The notes below the pieces were generated by a model. It was not told the origin of the DNA. It saw only the letters and a list, made by a program, of their open reading frames with translations, and did not search any database. 42,668 bases of DNA from a virus. How positions within the stretch are numbered: position 1 is the first letter of the stretch; each line of letters opens with the position of its first letter. Positions 1 through 9,661 of the stretch are shown here, piece after piece. Position numbers and translations under genes: made by a program. Location of the stretch: the IMG/VR virus record IMGVR_UViG_3300037419_001219; one strand, given 5' to 3'.

Positions 1-127
1 TTATTCGGACGGCTATCTCGGAATAACGACGGCGCTCAACAAATGGCAGATCAGCGCTATTGACGACGCGACAAGCTGGGATGGGCTGGACTTTGCCACG
101 GCCGATGGCGACCCGGATGCACTGGTT
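1..127. repeat. Terminal direct repeat copy 1 (same as 42542..42668): circular or permuted-genome overlap
   Basis: Direct comparison shows bases 1-127 equal 42542-42668. An ORF crosses the junction in frame. Confidence 0.95.
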
Positions 128-979
128 CGGATCGCGGCGTATCAGGCCTATTTCTATCTGTTCGGCGCGGAAAGCACCGAGGTCTGGCAGGACAACGGAG
201 ACGCGGATTTTCCATATGCGCGGGCCTACGTGATCCCGGTCGGCATCTTTGGCGCGGCATCGCTGCAGAAGGTGGCCGACTCGCTGTTCTGGATCGGCCA
301 TGACCGCACGGTGCGACGGTTGGCAGGTGGCGACGGCGCTGTTGTCATCTCGGAACCGGACGTTGAGAACGATATTCAGTCGATCTCCGATGCATCGACC
401 ATTCGCTCTGCGGCCTGGATTGCGAACGGCCGCATGTTCTACATGATCTCATCTCCCGATTGGACCTGGGTCTACGATACCAAGATGCAGCGCTGGCACG
501 AGCGCCAGACCTATGGCGAAAAGAACTGGCAGGTGTCGTTCGTTGTCGGGTTCGGGACCAAGATCATTGCCGGTGATGTGGCCTCCGGCGCGCTTTGGGA
601 GATGAGTTCGAAGTTTACGGACGACGCCGGCAAGCCGCTCGTCTCGACTATCGTTCTTCCCCGTGTTCATGCCTTCCCATATCGGCTCAGATATTATTCG
701 TTGTTCCTTGACGTGCAGAAAGGCGTCGGCGTCGGGCAGGGCGCGCCACAGGACATCGATCCTGAGATCATCGTCAAATGGTCTGACGACGGCGGCGCGA
801 CGTTCAAAGGCCAGCGTGCGCTGAAACTCGGACAGCAGGGCAAGCCCATGACCCGCGTGCGCACGCATCGGCTCGGTCAGTCGGGCGAAAACGGCAGAGA
901 CTTCCACATCTCTTGGTCGGCAAAGGTTGATCGCGCGCTCTATCAGGTCTCGGCCAATGTTCGGCAGGTTGCAGCCTGA
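2..979 (+). CDS. P22 gp10-like tail hub / packaged-DNA stabilisation protein, 3-prime part (continues from 42096..42668; 474 aa in total)
   Basis: Same frame across the junction. The block WQISAIDDATSWDGLDFATADGDPDALVRIAAYQAYFYLFGAESTEVW parallels the recalled gp10 block WFITDLEDESHPDRY..PDGIIGIG..FGSSTIEYF. Length is 474 aa versus 472 aa for gp10. Confidence 0.75.
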   Translation, partial: YSDGYLGITTALNKWQISAIDDATSWDGLDFATADGDPDALVRIAAYQAYFYLFGAESTEVWQDNGDADFPYARAYVIPVGIFGAASLQKVADSLFWIGHDRTVRRLAGGDGAVVISEPDVENDIQSISDASTIRSAAWIANGRMFYMISSPDWTWVYDTKMQRWHERQTYGEKNWQVSFVVGFGTKIIAGDVASGALWEMSSKFTDDAGKPLVSTIVLPRVHAFPYRLRYYSLFLDVQKGVGVGQGAPQDIDPEIIVKWSDDGGATFKGQRALKLGQQGKPMTRVRTHRLGQSGENGRDFHISWSAKVDRALYQVSANVRQVAA

Positions 980-1428
980 TGGCAGGATTGTTCGATCCTC
1001 CGCCGCCTGGGAACATGACGACCAGCAGCGGCAAGATCAGCGATGCGGCCTACAATTGGTTCCGGTCGTTGGGTCAGAACCTTGCCAGTGCGGTTTCCGG
1101 CGTCAGCGACTTGAACGGCGAAGTCATCGTTATGGACTTCGCGATCGAGCATCCGCTTAATCAGGACTATCCGCTCGAGCTGAGCGCGCCCTATGGCTAT
1201 ACGATCTCGCGTGTCGACAGCCAATGCATCGCAGGATCGTGCACCGCGACCATTAAGATTGGAGGCGTAGCGCTCGGCGGCGGCGGAAATTCCGTTTCGA
1301 CGACGCTGCAAACGATCAATCACACGTCTGCGAATGTCATGGCGGCGGCAGGATCTTCGGTCGTCACCGTCAGTGCAAATTCGAGTTGTGACCGGCTCAA
1401 ACTGACGATCTGGACAACGCGGTCGTGA
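979..1428 (+). CDS. Virion/tail-associated hypothetical protein (slot after the gp10-like gene)
   Basis: ATGA overlap with the upstream stop. Beta-rich, Gly/Ser/Thr-rich 149-aa ORF. The call rests on synteny only. Confidence 0.55.
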   Translation: MAGLFDPPPPGNMTTSSGKISDAAYNWFRSLGQNLASAVSGVSDLNGEVIVMDFAIEHPLNQDYPLELSAPYGYTISRVDSQCIAGSCTATIKIGGVALGGGGNSVSTTLQTINHTSANVMAAAGSSVVTVSANSSCDRLKLTIWTTRS

Positions 1429-2078
1429 GACGTCGCTCGATTAGCTATTCTGGCGGCCTTGTTACCGTTTCGTACATCGACACCAAGTCGATTTTCACCG
1501 GCAGTGCTGGATCGGTGTCGTTCACGATTCCTGCGCTCGGCGGCAATCAATGGTGCGTCGTCACCCGGCAGTTCATCGGTGGGACGCGCGGCCTATCGTC
1601 GATTGGTGGCGTTACCCCGACCAAGCTCGTTGAAAGCGTCAACACGGGCGGCACGACCGATACCCGGTCGCAGATCTGGATTGCGCAGCCTCCGGCCGGA
1701 ACGACGACGGTAACGATCGTAACGGCGACCGGTGCAGAAGCCTATTCGCTCTATATCGTCAGCAACCTCATCAATGGTGGCGCGGCGAGCGACACGGCAA
1801 CAACGACGGGATCGGGCACAAGTCTCGCGTCTCTGTCTGCTCCGGCTGGGTCAGCAGTGATCAGCATCGCTATGCTGCTGGCTGGTGGCACTCCGGCGAC
1901 GGCCTGCACATGGAGTGGCGGCGTGACAGCCGACGCATTCGGCGGGGTGACGGCGGGCATCAATGATCTGCGCTGGAGACCGGCGCATGCAACGCCATCG
2001 GTCGCGACGACATACGGGCTTTCGTTTTCATTCAACGGTGGCGGGTTCACGACCGGCAGCGCCGTTGCCTTGCGCTAA
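1425..2078 (+). CDS. Virion/tail-associated hypothetical protein
   Basis: GTGA overlap with the upstream stop. 217 aa, Thr/Gly/Ala-rich. The call rests on synteny only. Confidence 0.55.
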   Translation: MRRRSISYSGGLVTVSYIDTKSIFTGSAGSVSFTIPALGGNQWCVVTRQFIGGTRGLSSIGGVTPTKLVESVNTGGTTDTRSQIWIAQPPAGTTTVTIVTATGAEAYSLYIVSNLINGGAASDTATTTGSGTSLASLSAPAGSAVISIAMLLAGGTPATACTWSGGVTADAFGGVTAGINDLRWRPAHATPSVATTYGLSFSFNGGGFTTGSAVALR

Positions 2079-2105
2079 GCACTTCCTCAGATAGGACAAA
2101 CACCC

Positions 2106-2756
2106 ATGGCCTTTTTCGATTGGAACGGATCGCAAGCGCGGTCCGACATCAACAGCGCATACAAAAAGGCAAATACGGCGCTCGATACGGGCTACCAGCA
2201 GTCTCAGGGCTACTACGACAAGGCCGCTGGCAATTATGACCCGTATGTCTCATCCGGTGCGCAGGGGCAGCAAACCTATCTCGATCTGCTCGGCCTAAAC
2301 GGAAACGACGCGCGCTCAAGTGCGCAGAGCATGATCACATCCGATCCCTTGTGGACGGGACAGCTTGCATCCGACCAGAACGCAGCTTTGAAAGCGCTCA
2401 ACGCGCGGGGGCTCGGAGCATCGGGAACGGCGGCGCTCGCCGGTCAGCGTGTTCTGGCGCAGAACTACGGCGACGTTCTCAACCGCTACATGGGATTGGG
2501 GCAGGAAGGCCTGCAGGCGGCAGGTGCTCAGGCAGGCGTCTACACCGGACAGGGTGATAACGCATACGGGTTCGGGGCGACGAAAGCCAACAACGCGATC
2601 AACCAGGGCAGCGCTATCAGCCAGACCCGCAATACCGGCCTCAACAACGTGCTGAGCATTCTGGGAACGGGTGCAAAGCTCGCAAGCGCGGCCGGTGGCA
2701 TGCCTCAGGTCGGAAAGCTTCTGCCCGGTGGCTATACCGGCTCAACGACGTACTGA
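2106..2756 (+). CDS. Putative ejection/internal virion protein (P22 gp7-sized slot)
   Basis: 216 aa, Gln/Gly/Ala-rich with low complexity. Its position precedes two larger ejection-protein-sized genes. Confidence 0.5.
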   Translation: MAFFDWNGSQARSDINSAYKKANTALDTGYQQSQGYYDKAAGNYDPYVSSGAQGQQTYLDLLGLNGNDARSSAQSMITSDPLWTGQLASDQNAALKALNARGLGASGTAALAGQRVLAQNYGDVLNRYMGLGQEGLQAAGAQAGVYTGQGDNAYGFGATKANNAINQGSAISQTRNTGLNNVLSILGTGAKLASAAGGMPQVGKLLPGGYTGSTTY

Positions 2757-2778
2757 TCGGTAAGGAGAGCATCCTCTG

Positions 2779-4242
2779 ATGGCGAACTATTACGCACCGA
2801 TCGCGCCGTTCCGAACGGGACCGGGGATCAATCTTGAACCGGTCAATGCGGCTCTCGATGGCATCCTTCAGCAGCAGAACCTGAACCGATCGTTCGGGCT
2901 GCAGCAGCAAGCATCGGACCGCGCCGACGAGCAGTTGAAGATCAGCCAGGGCGAATTCGGACTGCAGCAGGATCAGGCCAAACGCCAGCGCGTCGCTGAC
3001 CTCGGCAAGCAGGCATTGGCGATCGATCAGTTGACGGACCCGAACCAGCGCGCCGCAGCATGGCAGGGCTGGGTGCGCGCACACGGCGCGGACGGCCTGT
3101 CGCCTGAAGAAATGGACCCCGTGACCGGTCCGAAGCTGGCCGCGGCGCAGGCCGGGCAGTACGTCGACCCGATGGCCCGCGAACAAAGCGCCGCCGATCT
3201 AGCATACAAGCGCGCGCAAACGACGGCGCTCGTGAACAAGCAAAACGACCCCGTCGAGGCGATGCTACTTGAAAGGCTTCGCGGTACTGGATCCCAGCCA
3301 TCAGCTGCCGGAACTCAGTCATCTTCTCCGCAGCCTCAGTTCTCAGGGCCTCGAAACCAAGCTCTGCCGCCAATGCCGATGCCGCAAGCCCAGCCGCAGA
3401 GCTATACCGCACCTTCTCCGGCGCCTGGCATCCAATTCGCATCTGACACCGCGACGGTTCCGGGTTCACCCTCGGCGCAGCCTCAGGCCGCACCACAGGC
3501 TCCGGATATGATCGACACGCCATACGGCCGGATGACACGGGAAGAGGCCAAGCAAATGGGCGGCACGATGCTTCTCAGCCCAAAGTATGCTGCAGCCGGT
3601 AAAGCCTTGTTCGATGCCGCAGGCGGCGCATCTGATCCCAACGCCCTTGGCAAAACGGCCGCGAACCAGAACGACAAGGAAGAACTCACCGCAACGGGAC
3701 AGCTTGCGACGCTGAATAGCATCAAAAGCAACTACAACGAAAAGTTTCTTAATATCCCGACACGGTTCAAGCTTTGGGGCGCGTCTCTTGCCGACAAGTT
3801 CGGCGCGCTTAACCCCCAGGATAAAGCTGATCTGACGGCCTATACGCAGTTCCGGCAGAGTTCATGGCACAATCTCAATCGGGTTCTGAAAGACCTATCC
3901 GGAACGGCAGTAACGGACAATGAAATGCAGCGGCAATTGCTCGATCTACCGAACCCAGGCAAGGGCATCGCGGACGGCGATAGCCCGACAGAGTTCGATG
4001 CCAAGCTTAAGAACTCGATCGCCTTCACGACTTCAGCGATCGCGCGGGCGCGGTATCTGAGAACGCGAGGATTCACGGGGAAGCCGTGGGAAGCCGGGAT
4101 CGCCGTGGAAGACATGCCAGCAATCATCAATCAGCGCGGCGCTGAAATCGAACAGCAACTGAAGCAATCGAACCCAAACGCATCTCCTACGCAATTGCAG
4201 CAGGCCACAACCCGCCAAATCAAGCAGGAGTTCGGGATTTGA
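2779..4242 (+). CDS. Putative ejection protein (P22 gp20-sized slot)
   Basis: 487 aa with a Q/P-rich central linker. Synteny and size match gp20 (about 470 aa). No motif-level identification. Confidence 0.55.
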   Translation: MANYYAPIAPFRTGPGINLEPVNAALDGILQQQNLNRSFGLQQQASDRADEQLKISQGEFGLQQDQAKRQRVADLGKQALAIDQLTDPNQRAAAWQGWVRAHGADGLSPEEMDPVTGPKLAAAQAGQYVDPMAREQSAADLAYKRAQTTALVNKQNDPVEAMLLERLRGTGSQPSAAGTQSSSPQPQFSGPRNQALPPMPMPQAQPQSYTAPSPAPGIQFASDTATVPGSPSAQPQAAPQAPDMIDTPYGRMTREEAKQMGGTMLLSPKYAAAGKALFDAAGGASDPNALGKTAANQNDKEELTATGQLATLNSIKSNYNEKFLNIPTRFKLWGASLADKFGALNPQDKADLTAYTQFRQSSWHNLNRVLKDLSGTAVTDNEMQRQLLDLPNPGKGIADGDSPTEFDAKLKNSIAFTTSAIARARYLRTRGFTGKPWEAGIAVEDMPAIINQRGAEIEQQLKQSNPNASPTQLQQATTRQIKQEFGI

Positions 4243-6551
4243 CCGACTATTTCTCCGCGGCAACGGGTCTCGATCAGATCGGACAGCAGCCGCAAGCGCC
4301 TCAGGCGACGGTGCAGCCGGTCGATTACTTCTCCGCCGCAACTGGGCTGGACAAGATAGGTGCACAGCCATCGGCCGCGCAACAGCCGCAGAAAAAGGAA
4401 GGCTGGGGCGAGTGGATCGCCAACTCTGTCCGCGGCCGGCATGATCCGAACTATGCAGCAGCCGAAGCCGCGCCAACGGTCGGAGCGCAGTTCCAGCCGG
4501 AATTGAGCGGCCGCATTGCGCTTGAGGCGCTCGCCGGCGCCTCAGATAGCCAGATGGCTGACGTTTTCGCGAAGGGCCTCGGCGACAAGTACATCCGTAC
4601 GGAAAAGGACGCCAACGGCTATCCGGTTCTCGTAACGCGCGGCCCGGACGGACAAGAGCAGAAGAATTATGTCAACAAGCCCGGCCTCGACTTCGGCGAC
4701 GTTGCCAGAGGCGTGATAGGAACGGTTCCCTATGCCATCGGGGCTGGAACCGTTGGTGTGGCAACGAAAGGCGCCGGCATCGGTCTGCAAGCGCTTGCGC
4801 AGGGCGCGGCGGCAGGCGCGACAAGCGTGGCCGGCGACGTCGCTCAGATCCCGGCAGGCTCACAACAGGGCGTCGACCTTCCGAAAGCAGCCGTTACGGC
4901 CGGGTTTGGTGCAGCGGCCCCACCTCTTGCAGCGGCGGGTGGCGCGCTCTGGCGCCGGTTTGTCACCATTCCGGGTCTCGTCGATGAAACCACGGGTCAA
5001 CTGACGCAGAAAGGGATTGCGGCGGCACGGCAGGCCGGAATTGACCCGGCCGACATCACGCCTGACTTCTCGAAGGCCTTTGCTAAATCCTTTGCCACCT
5101 CAGGCGATCCCGCGGCGGCTGCGACGCAGGCTGGTCTGGAACGGTTCGGCATCCCGGCGACGAAGGGTCAGATCACCAAAGACCCGTACTTGCTGACGCA
5201 GGAAGAAGGCATGCGGCGCCGTCTCTATGGCGAAACGGCACAAGACACGATGCGCGCCTTTGATCAGAACCAGCAGGACGCGATCGCCCGCTCGGTGCTC
5301 GGAGACAATGGCTCAGGTGCATTCCCTGGCAGCACGGCGCCGGCGCAGGGCATCGGCGAACAGATCAACCCGGCGAGACAGCCGGGCATGTCGGCCTATG
5401 ATCGCATGCCATCGACGCTCGGAAGCAATGTGCAGGATACGCTGCAGACCGCGCGATCGGCCGCGCGGCAGCAGGAATCGGCACTCTGGGACGATGGCGT
5501 GAAAAACCTCGCCGCAACCCCGGAGGCCTTGAAGACCCTGACGCCTCATATTGAGCAGGCTCTTGCCGACGAGACCGCCTTTACGAAGACAGGCCAAGCC
5601 ATGGCCGAAGAGATAGGCCAGTTCGCAAAGGGCGAGCTTCCCGTCAATCAGGCAGGTGGCATTAAGCTCAAGCAGATTCAATCGGTCGATCAGATGCGAC
5701 GGCGGCTCGGCGCCCTTGTCGGGAGCGCAGAAGACGGCACGGACAAGAACCAGGCCGGAAAGATCTACGACGCGTTCAACGACTGGATCGGGGAAAGCGC
5801 CAAGAACTCGCTTCTTTCCGGCGATCCTGCCGCGGCGATGCAGCTGGTCAAGGCCAGATCCTTCACGAAAGAGGTTCGGGATATTTTCCAGCCAAAGAAT
5901 GCTGACGGAACGATTTCTTCCGGCGCGCGACGGATTGCAGGCGTTCTCGACCCGGCAAAGGCCGACAGCGGCGAAGGCGTGATCCAGAACCTTCTCGGAT
6001 CGCAAGGCTCGCGCGGCGTCAATCAGGGCACCGTCTCGGCGCTGACCAACATCAAGACGGCACTCCAGAAGTTTGCTCCAAAAGATGCGGCCGACCAGGC
6101 CTGGAACGATATTCGTTTGGCCTACTGGACGCGGCTTGTGACAGGAAAGAACGGCGAGCTTGTCGGACCGACTGCCATGGTCAACAACATCAAGAGCGCT
6201 ATTCAGAACCAATCGACGGTCATGGGCACGCTCTATCAGCCGACAGAACTGCGCCAGATCCGGGAGCTGGTTCGCGCGCTTGAAACGGTTTCCTACAAGC
6301 CGCCGAACGCGTCGGGCTCAGGATACTCTGCGGCGCAGTTCGCCAAGGAAGGCATCATGAAGCTTCTCGATAGCTTCGGCATCGGAAAGCCCGTCATGTC
6401 GGCCCTGCAATATACAGGTATTCCAAACGCCTGGAACGCAGCTGCTGCAAAGCAGGCGATTGGGGGCGTCGTTCGATCGCCGCGTCCCAACCTCGCTCCG
6501 GCCTTCGCCGGGGCAGGGCAGGCGACCTATCAATCTCAGTCTGGGCGGTAA
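4239..6551 (+). CDS. Large putative ejection/internal virion protein (P22 gp16 slot)
   Basis: 770-aa ORF with a TTG start overlapping the upstream stop. Ala/Gly-rich N-terminal third. The call rests on synteny. Confidence 0.55.
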   Translation: MTDYFSAATGLDQIGQQPQAPQATVQPVDYFSAATGLDKIGAQPSAAQQPQKKEGWGEWIANSVRGRHDPNYAAAEAAPTVGAQFQPELSGRIALEALAGASDSQMADVFAKGLGDKYIRTEKDANGYPVLVTRGPDGQEQKNYVNKPGLDFGDVARGVIGTVPYAIGAGTVGVATKGAGIGLQALAQGAAAGATSVAGDVAQIPAGSQQGVDLPKAAVTAGFGAAAPPLAAAGGALWRRFVTIPGLVDETTGQLTQKGIAAARQAGIDPADITPDFSKAFAKSFATSGDPAAAATQAGLERFGIPATKGQITKDPYLLTQEEGMRRRLYGETAQDTMRAFDQNQQDAIARSVLGDNGSGAFPGSTAPAQGIGEQINPARQPGMSAYDRMPSTLGSNVQDTLQTARSAARQQESALWDDGVKNLAATPEALKTLTPHIEQALADETAFTKTGQAMAEEIGQFAKGELPVNQAGGIKLKQIQSVDQMRRRLGALVGSAEDGTDKNQAGKIYDAFNDWIGESAKNSLLSGDPAAAMQLVKARSFTKEVRDIFQPKNADGTISSGARRIAGVLDPAKADSGEGVIQNLLGSQGSRGVNQGTVSALTNIKTALQKFAPKDAADQAWNDIRLAYWTRLVTGKNGELVGPTAMVNNIKSAIQNQSTVMGTLYQPTELRQIRELVRALETVSYKPPNASGSGYSAAQFAKEGIMKLLDSFGIGKPVMSALQYTGIPNAWNAAAAKQAIGGVVRSPRPNLAPAFAGAGQATYQSQSGR

Positions 6552-6709
6552 TTCCAAAGCCGTCCGATAACGAACGCCAACACGATTCCGAACATCCATA
6601 AGAGGTGTGTGCGGCCTGTTTCGCGCGCCCACATCAGCCAACTGCTCAACACGGCCATCACAACGGTCGTGAACACGAGCACGAAGATCATCTCTCCGCG
6701 CCGCTTCAT
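6536..6709 (-). CDS. 57-aa two-TM membrane micro-protein, antisense to the structural operon
   Basis: Not in the ORF track (under 60 aa). GGAG lies 6 nt before the ATG. Translation is MKRRGEMIFVLVFTTVVMAVLSSWLMWARETGRTHLLWMFGIVLAFVIGRLWNYRPD. Third-position GC is high, like neighbouring real genes. Confidence 0.6.
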   Translation of the reverse strand: MKRRGEMIFVLVFTTVVMAVLSSWLMWARETGRTHLLWMFGIVLAFVIGRLWNYRPD

Positions 6710-6725
6710 TCAGGGCTCCTAATCC

Positions 6726-8018
6726 ATGGCAGACGCTATTGCGGTATTCCCACCTGGCTTTCGCGTAACCGACGATTCGACAGGCGAACCAGTTCCAGGC
6801 GCCATCATATCGTTTTTTGACGCGGGCACCACTGCGCCAAAGACGGTTTATGGTGATGAAGACCTAACGGTTGAAATCGGAACGGAAATCACCTGCGACG
6901 CGCTTGGCTATCCGACCTCGGATGGCTCGAGCACGCGCACGCTAATCTATGTCGGGACGGCAGATTATAAGATCGTCTGCACCGATGCTGACGAAAATCC
7001 TCTGTGGAACCACGATAACGTCAAGGGCGCGGTCGTCTCGGCGGATTCTTCGAACGTCTCTGTGACGGCGACATTCCCGGTCGTTTCGAAGTCGCTCGAT
7101 TACACCATTCTAGCAGCAGACCAGAACAAGACGTTCAAGGTCAATCCGTCCGCTGGCGACGTGGCGATGACACTTCCGTCTGCCGTGACGGTCGGAACGG
7201 GCTGGAAAGTCAAAATCCAGCACGCCGGAACCGCTAATCAGGTTCTGATCAAGGTCGCGACGGGCTCAGGTCAGCTGATCTCCGAGGGCTCGAAATCCTA
7301 TGGCGGGACGTTCTCGCTCGCGCTCAATGGCGAGGATTGCGAGGTCACGTCTGACGGCGGCAACTGGCTGGTGTCATCGCATACGCCTCCGTTTCTCAAG
7401 ATCGGGCAGGGCATCATACCGGTTGTCAGCTGGGTTTCGTCTGCGCCGTCATCTCCCGTCGAAGGCTCAATCTATCTTGCCTCTGCTAGCGGCACATGGG
7501 TGGGTGTGAGCGTTGCTGCCAGCGATGTTGTCCAATGGAGCGGCGCGCTCTGGGTGCCGTTTACGCCGTACACCGATTGCGGATGGACGGCGTTCGTTGC
7601 GAACGAAGATCGCAATTATCAGTTCGTCAATTCGGCCTGGGTCAAGCAGGCGCTTTCAACGCCGGCCGATCAAGCAGCAATGGAAGCCATTACAGCAGGC
7701 CGTCCCGTCATAGCGGACGTGCAGCGGTTCCATCCTGGACATCCCAAAGCCTGGGCGGAAATCGCCTCGGATGGATCGATTGTCGCGTCTTATGGGATAT
7801 CGGGCGTCGCGCGACCATCGACTGGGAACTATACGATCTCTTTCACTGTCGCTTTCAGCAGCGCCAACTATGCCGCTATAGCCACGCCGCAAGGTGTCAA
7901 CGTGGCATGCGGTACGCAGTCTTATGCGACAGGTTCCGTGATCCTCTCGACATTTTCCGTGATTTCCGGATCGGCGGCCAACGCCGGATTCTGCATCGCC
8001 TTCTTTGGAGATCAATAA
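6726..8018 (+). CDS. Tail fibre protein
   Basis: 430 aa. The N-terminus VFPPGFRVTDDSTGEPVPGAIISFFDAGT is a recurrent phage fibre N-terminal pattern (recalled). It sits after the ejection genes. Confidence 0.6.
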   Translation: MADAIAVFPPGFRVTDDSTGEPVPGAIISFFDAGTTAPKTVYGDEDLTVEIGTEITCDALGYPTSDGSSTRTLIYVGTADYKIVCTDADENPLWNHDNVKGAVVSADSSNVSVTATFPVVSKSLDYTILAADQNKTFKVNPSAGDVAMTLPSAVTVGTGWKVKIQHAGTANQVLIKVATGSGQLISEGSKSYGGTFSLALNGEDCEVTSDGGNWLVSSHTPPFLKIGQGIIPVVSWVSSAPSSPVEGSIYLASASGTWVGVSVAASDVVQWSGALWVPFTPYTDCGWTAFVANEDRNYQFVNSAWVKQALSTPADQAAMEAITAGRPVIADVQRFHPGHPKAWAEIASDGSIVASYGISGVARPSTGNYTISFTVAFSSANYAAIATPQGVNVACGTQSYATGSVILSTFSVISGSAANAGFCIAFFGDQ

Positions 8019-8021
8019 CGC

Positions 8022-8495
8022 ATGCCAAGAGAGCAAGAGACCTTCGTCTGCTACGCGCTCCCTGCCACAGACGCGATACCCTATGAGCATGTCGGTCATT
8101 TCATAGAAGGGGCTGCACCGGAAGGCGCCCGTGTGATCGACGCGACAGAGGCCAAGCGCATCAACGATGATGTGGATTCCAGAACGCCGCCGAAGTCTGA
8201 CATCGGAGCTCAGCTAGCCGCCTCCGTCGATCTGAAACCTCTGTTCGACAAGATCGATGCTCTCTCCAAAACAGTCGTGTCGCAAGCTGAAGCGCTGGAT
8301 GCGGCAACCGCCAAAATCGATGCTCAGGCTCAGGACATTTCTCAAGTCAAAAGCGACACGAAAAAGCAGGCGGACGATATCGATAAAGCTCAGAAGAAAA
8401 TTGATGATCAAGCATCAGACATCTCAAAAGTCAGAGAGAATACCGCCAAAGCCATTGCACAGATGACGGAAGGCATTGGGGAGCAGAAGGCATGA
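8022..8495 (+). CDS. Coiled-coil protein downstream of the fibre (possible fibre assembly or accessory protein)
   Basis: 157 aa. The C-terminal half carries repeated KIDxQAxDISxV heptad-like units. Confidence 0.5.
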   Translation: MPREQETFVCYALPATDAIPYEHVGHFIEGAAPEGARVIDATEAKRINDDVDSRTPPKSDIGAQLAASVDLKPLFDKIDALSKTVVSQAEALDAATAKIDAQAQDISQVKSDTKKQADDIDKAQKKIDDQASDISKVRENTAKAIAQMTEGIGEQKA

Positions 8496-9268
8496 GCGTC
8501 AATGATGAGACAATCCGTCTGAACAAGTCGTTCGAAGGCTATCACAAAAAGCTAGAGAACGGTGATTGCACTGCCTACCAGACGCCGCTTGGCAAAAGCA
8601 AGCTGACCGGGAAAATGCTCTACGACATCCCGACCTGCGGTTACGGAACGACTAAGAACGTCAAGATGGGAATGGTCTGGACGGAAGCCGAGGCGACGGC
8701 TCGGATGATGCAGGACTTGGCCGAAGCAGAAGGCTATGTCCAGCAGTATGTCACCGTTCCGATCAATGAGAACGAGAAGGGTGCTCTGACCCTGTTCTGC
8801 AACAACTGCGGTCCGAAGAACCTTAAGAGACTGGTCAAGCGCTTGAACAAGGGAGATCGCGCCGGGACTGCGAAGGCATTTGCGCTCTACAACAAAGCAC
8901 AGGGCATTGTCCTTGACGGCCTTGTGTCTCGTCGCGCCAGAGAAGCGGCGTTATTCCTCAAGCCGGTAGAGGCGCCGATTGAGCCGGCCATGCCGCAGAC
9001 AGTCCAGAAGCAGCTCGAGCCACCATCCGCACCTGCAGTCGCGGCCGGCGGCGGAGTCCTTTACACGGCATGGCAGTACCTCGGAGACAAGTTCAATTCG
9101 TTCTTCGATGGTCTCGATCAAGAGCAGGCCATGATGCTTCTCGGAACCGCTCAGAAGCACGGCGTCGGCAGTGCTTGGATCAACGTCCTGCTGTGTGCCG
9201 CGGCAGGCGTTGGCCTTTATGTCCTCGTCGGCCATGTGTTTCCGAAACTGGCAGGGAGCAAATCATGA
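8492..9268 (+). CDS. GH24 (T4/lambda-type) lysozyme endolysin with a C-terminal transmembrane segment
   Basis: FEGYHKK..AYQTPLG..TCGYGTT matches the E..GY...Y.D..G..TIGYG lysozyme core. The C-terminus AWINVLLCAAAGVGLYVLVGHVF is hydrophobic. Confidence 0.8.
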   Translation: MSVNDETIRLNKSFEGYHKKLENGDCTAYQTPLGKSKLTGKMLYDIPTCGYGTTKNVKMGMVWTEAEATARMMQDLAEAEGYVQQYVTVPINENEKGALTLFCNNCGPKNLKRLVKRLNKGDRAGTAKAFALYNKAQGIVLDGLVSRRAREAALFLKPVEAPIEPAMPQTVQKQLEPPSAPAVAAGGGVLYTAWQYLGDKFNSFFDGLDQEQAMMLLGTAQKHGVGSAWINVLLCAAAGVGLYVLVGHVFPKLAGSKS

Positions 9269-9510
9269 TCACGGCAGCAGCGGATTTCTTTGGAACGCTG
9301 ATGGGCAAGTTTGCGCTCGGCGGCGGGATCATAGCGACCATCTTCGGATGGCTTCTCATTCACGATCACAGAGTGCGCGTTCAAGAGCGGCAAGCAATCG
9401 AAGAAGGAGCGAAAGCACTCAATGCGAAAGGTCTACAAGCCCGCGCTTCTGTGCGCACTGATGGCGCCTCTGAGCGGCTGCGGCGGCAATACTGCTCTGA
9501 CTGCAAGTAG
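9265..9510 (+). CDS. i-spanin (Rz-like)
   Basis: ATGA overlap with the endolysin stop. N-terminal TM FALGGGIIATIFGWLLI is followed by a charged helical region. The o-spanin gene is embedded at its 3-prime end. Confidence 0.65.
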   Translation: MITAAADFFGTLMGKFALGGGIIATIFGWLLIHDHRVRVQERQAIEEGAKALNAKGLQARASVRTDGASERLRRQYCSDCK

Positions 9511-9661
9511 TCTCTGTGGGGATGGCGCAACGCCCGGTGCCTGGCAACCGATCACGATCTTGAAAGACGACAAGATCACCGATCGAACGTCAGCGAAGAT
9601 TTTGCAGAACAACGAGGCCCGTAAAGTGATCTGCAAAAACAAGGGCGCAGAGCATGGCTGA
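9422..9661 (+). CDS. o-spanin (Rz1-like lipoprotein), overlapped architecture
   Basis: Signal peptide with lipobox LSGC (MRKVYKPALLCALMAPLSGC). It starts inside the i-spanin gene in another frame. Confidence 0.7.
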   Translation: MRKVYKPALLCALMAPLSGCGGNTALTASSLCGDGATPGAWQPITILKDDKITDRTSAKILQNNEARKVICKNKGAEHG

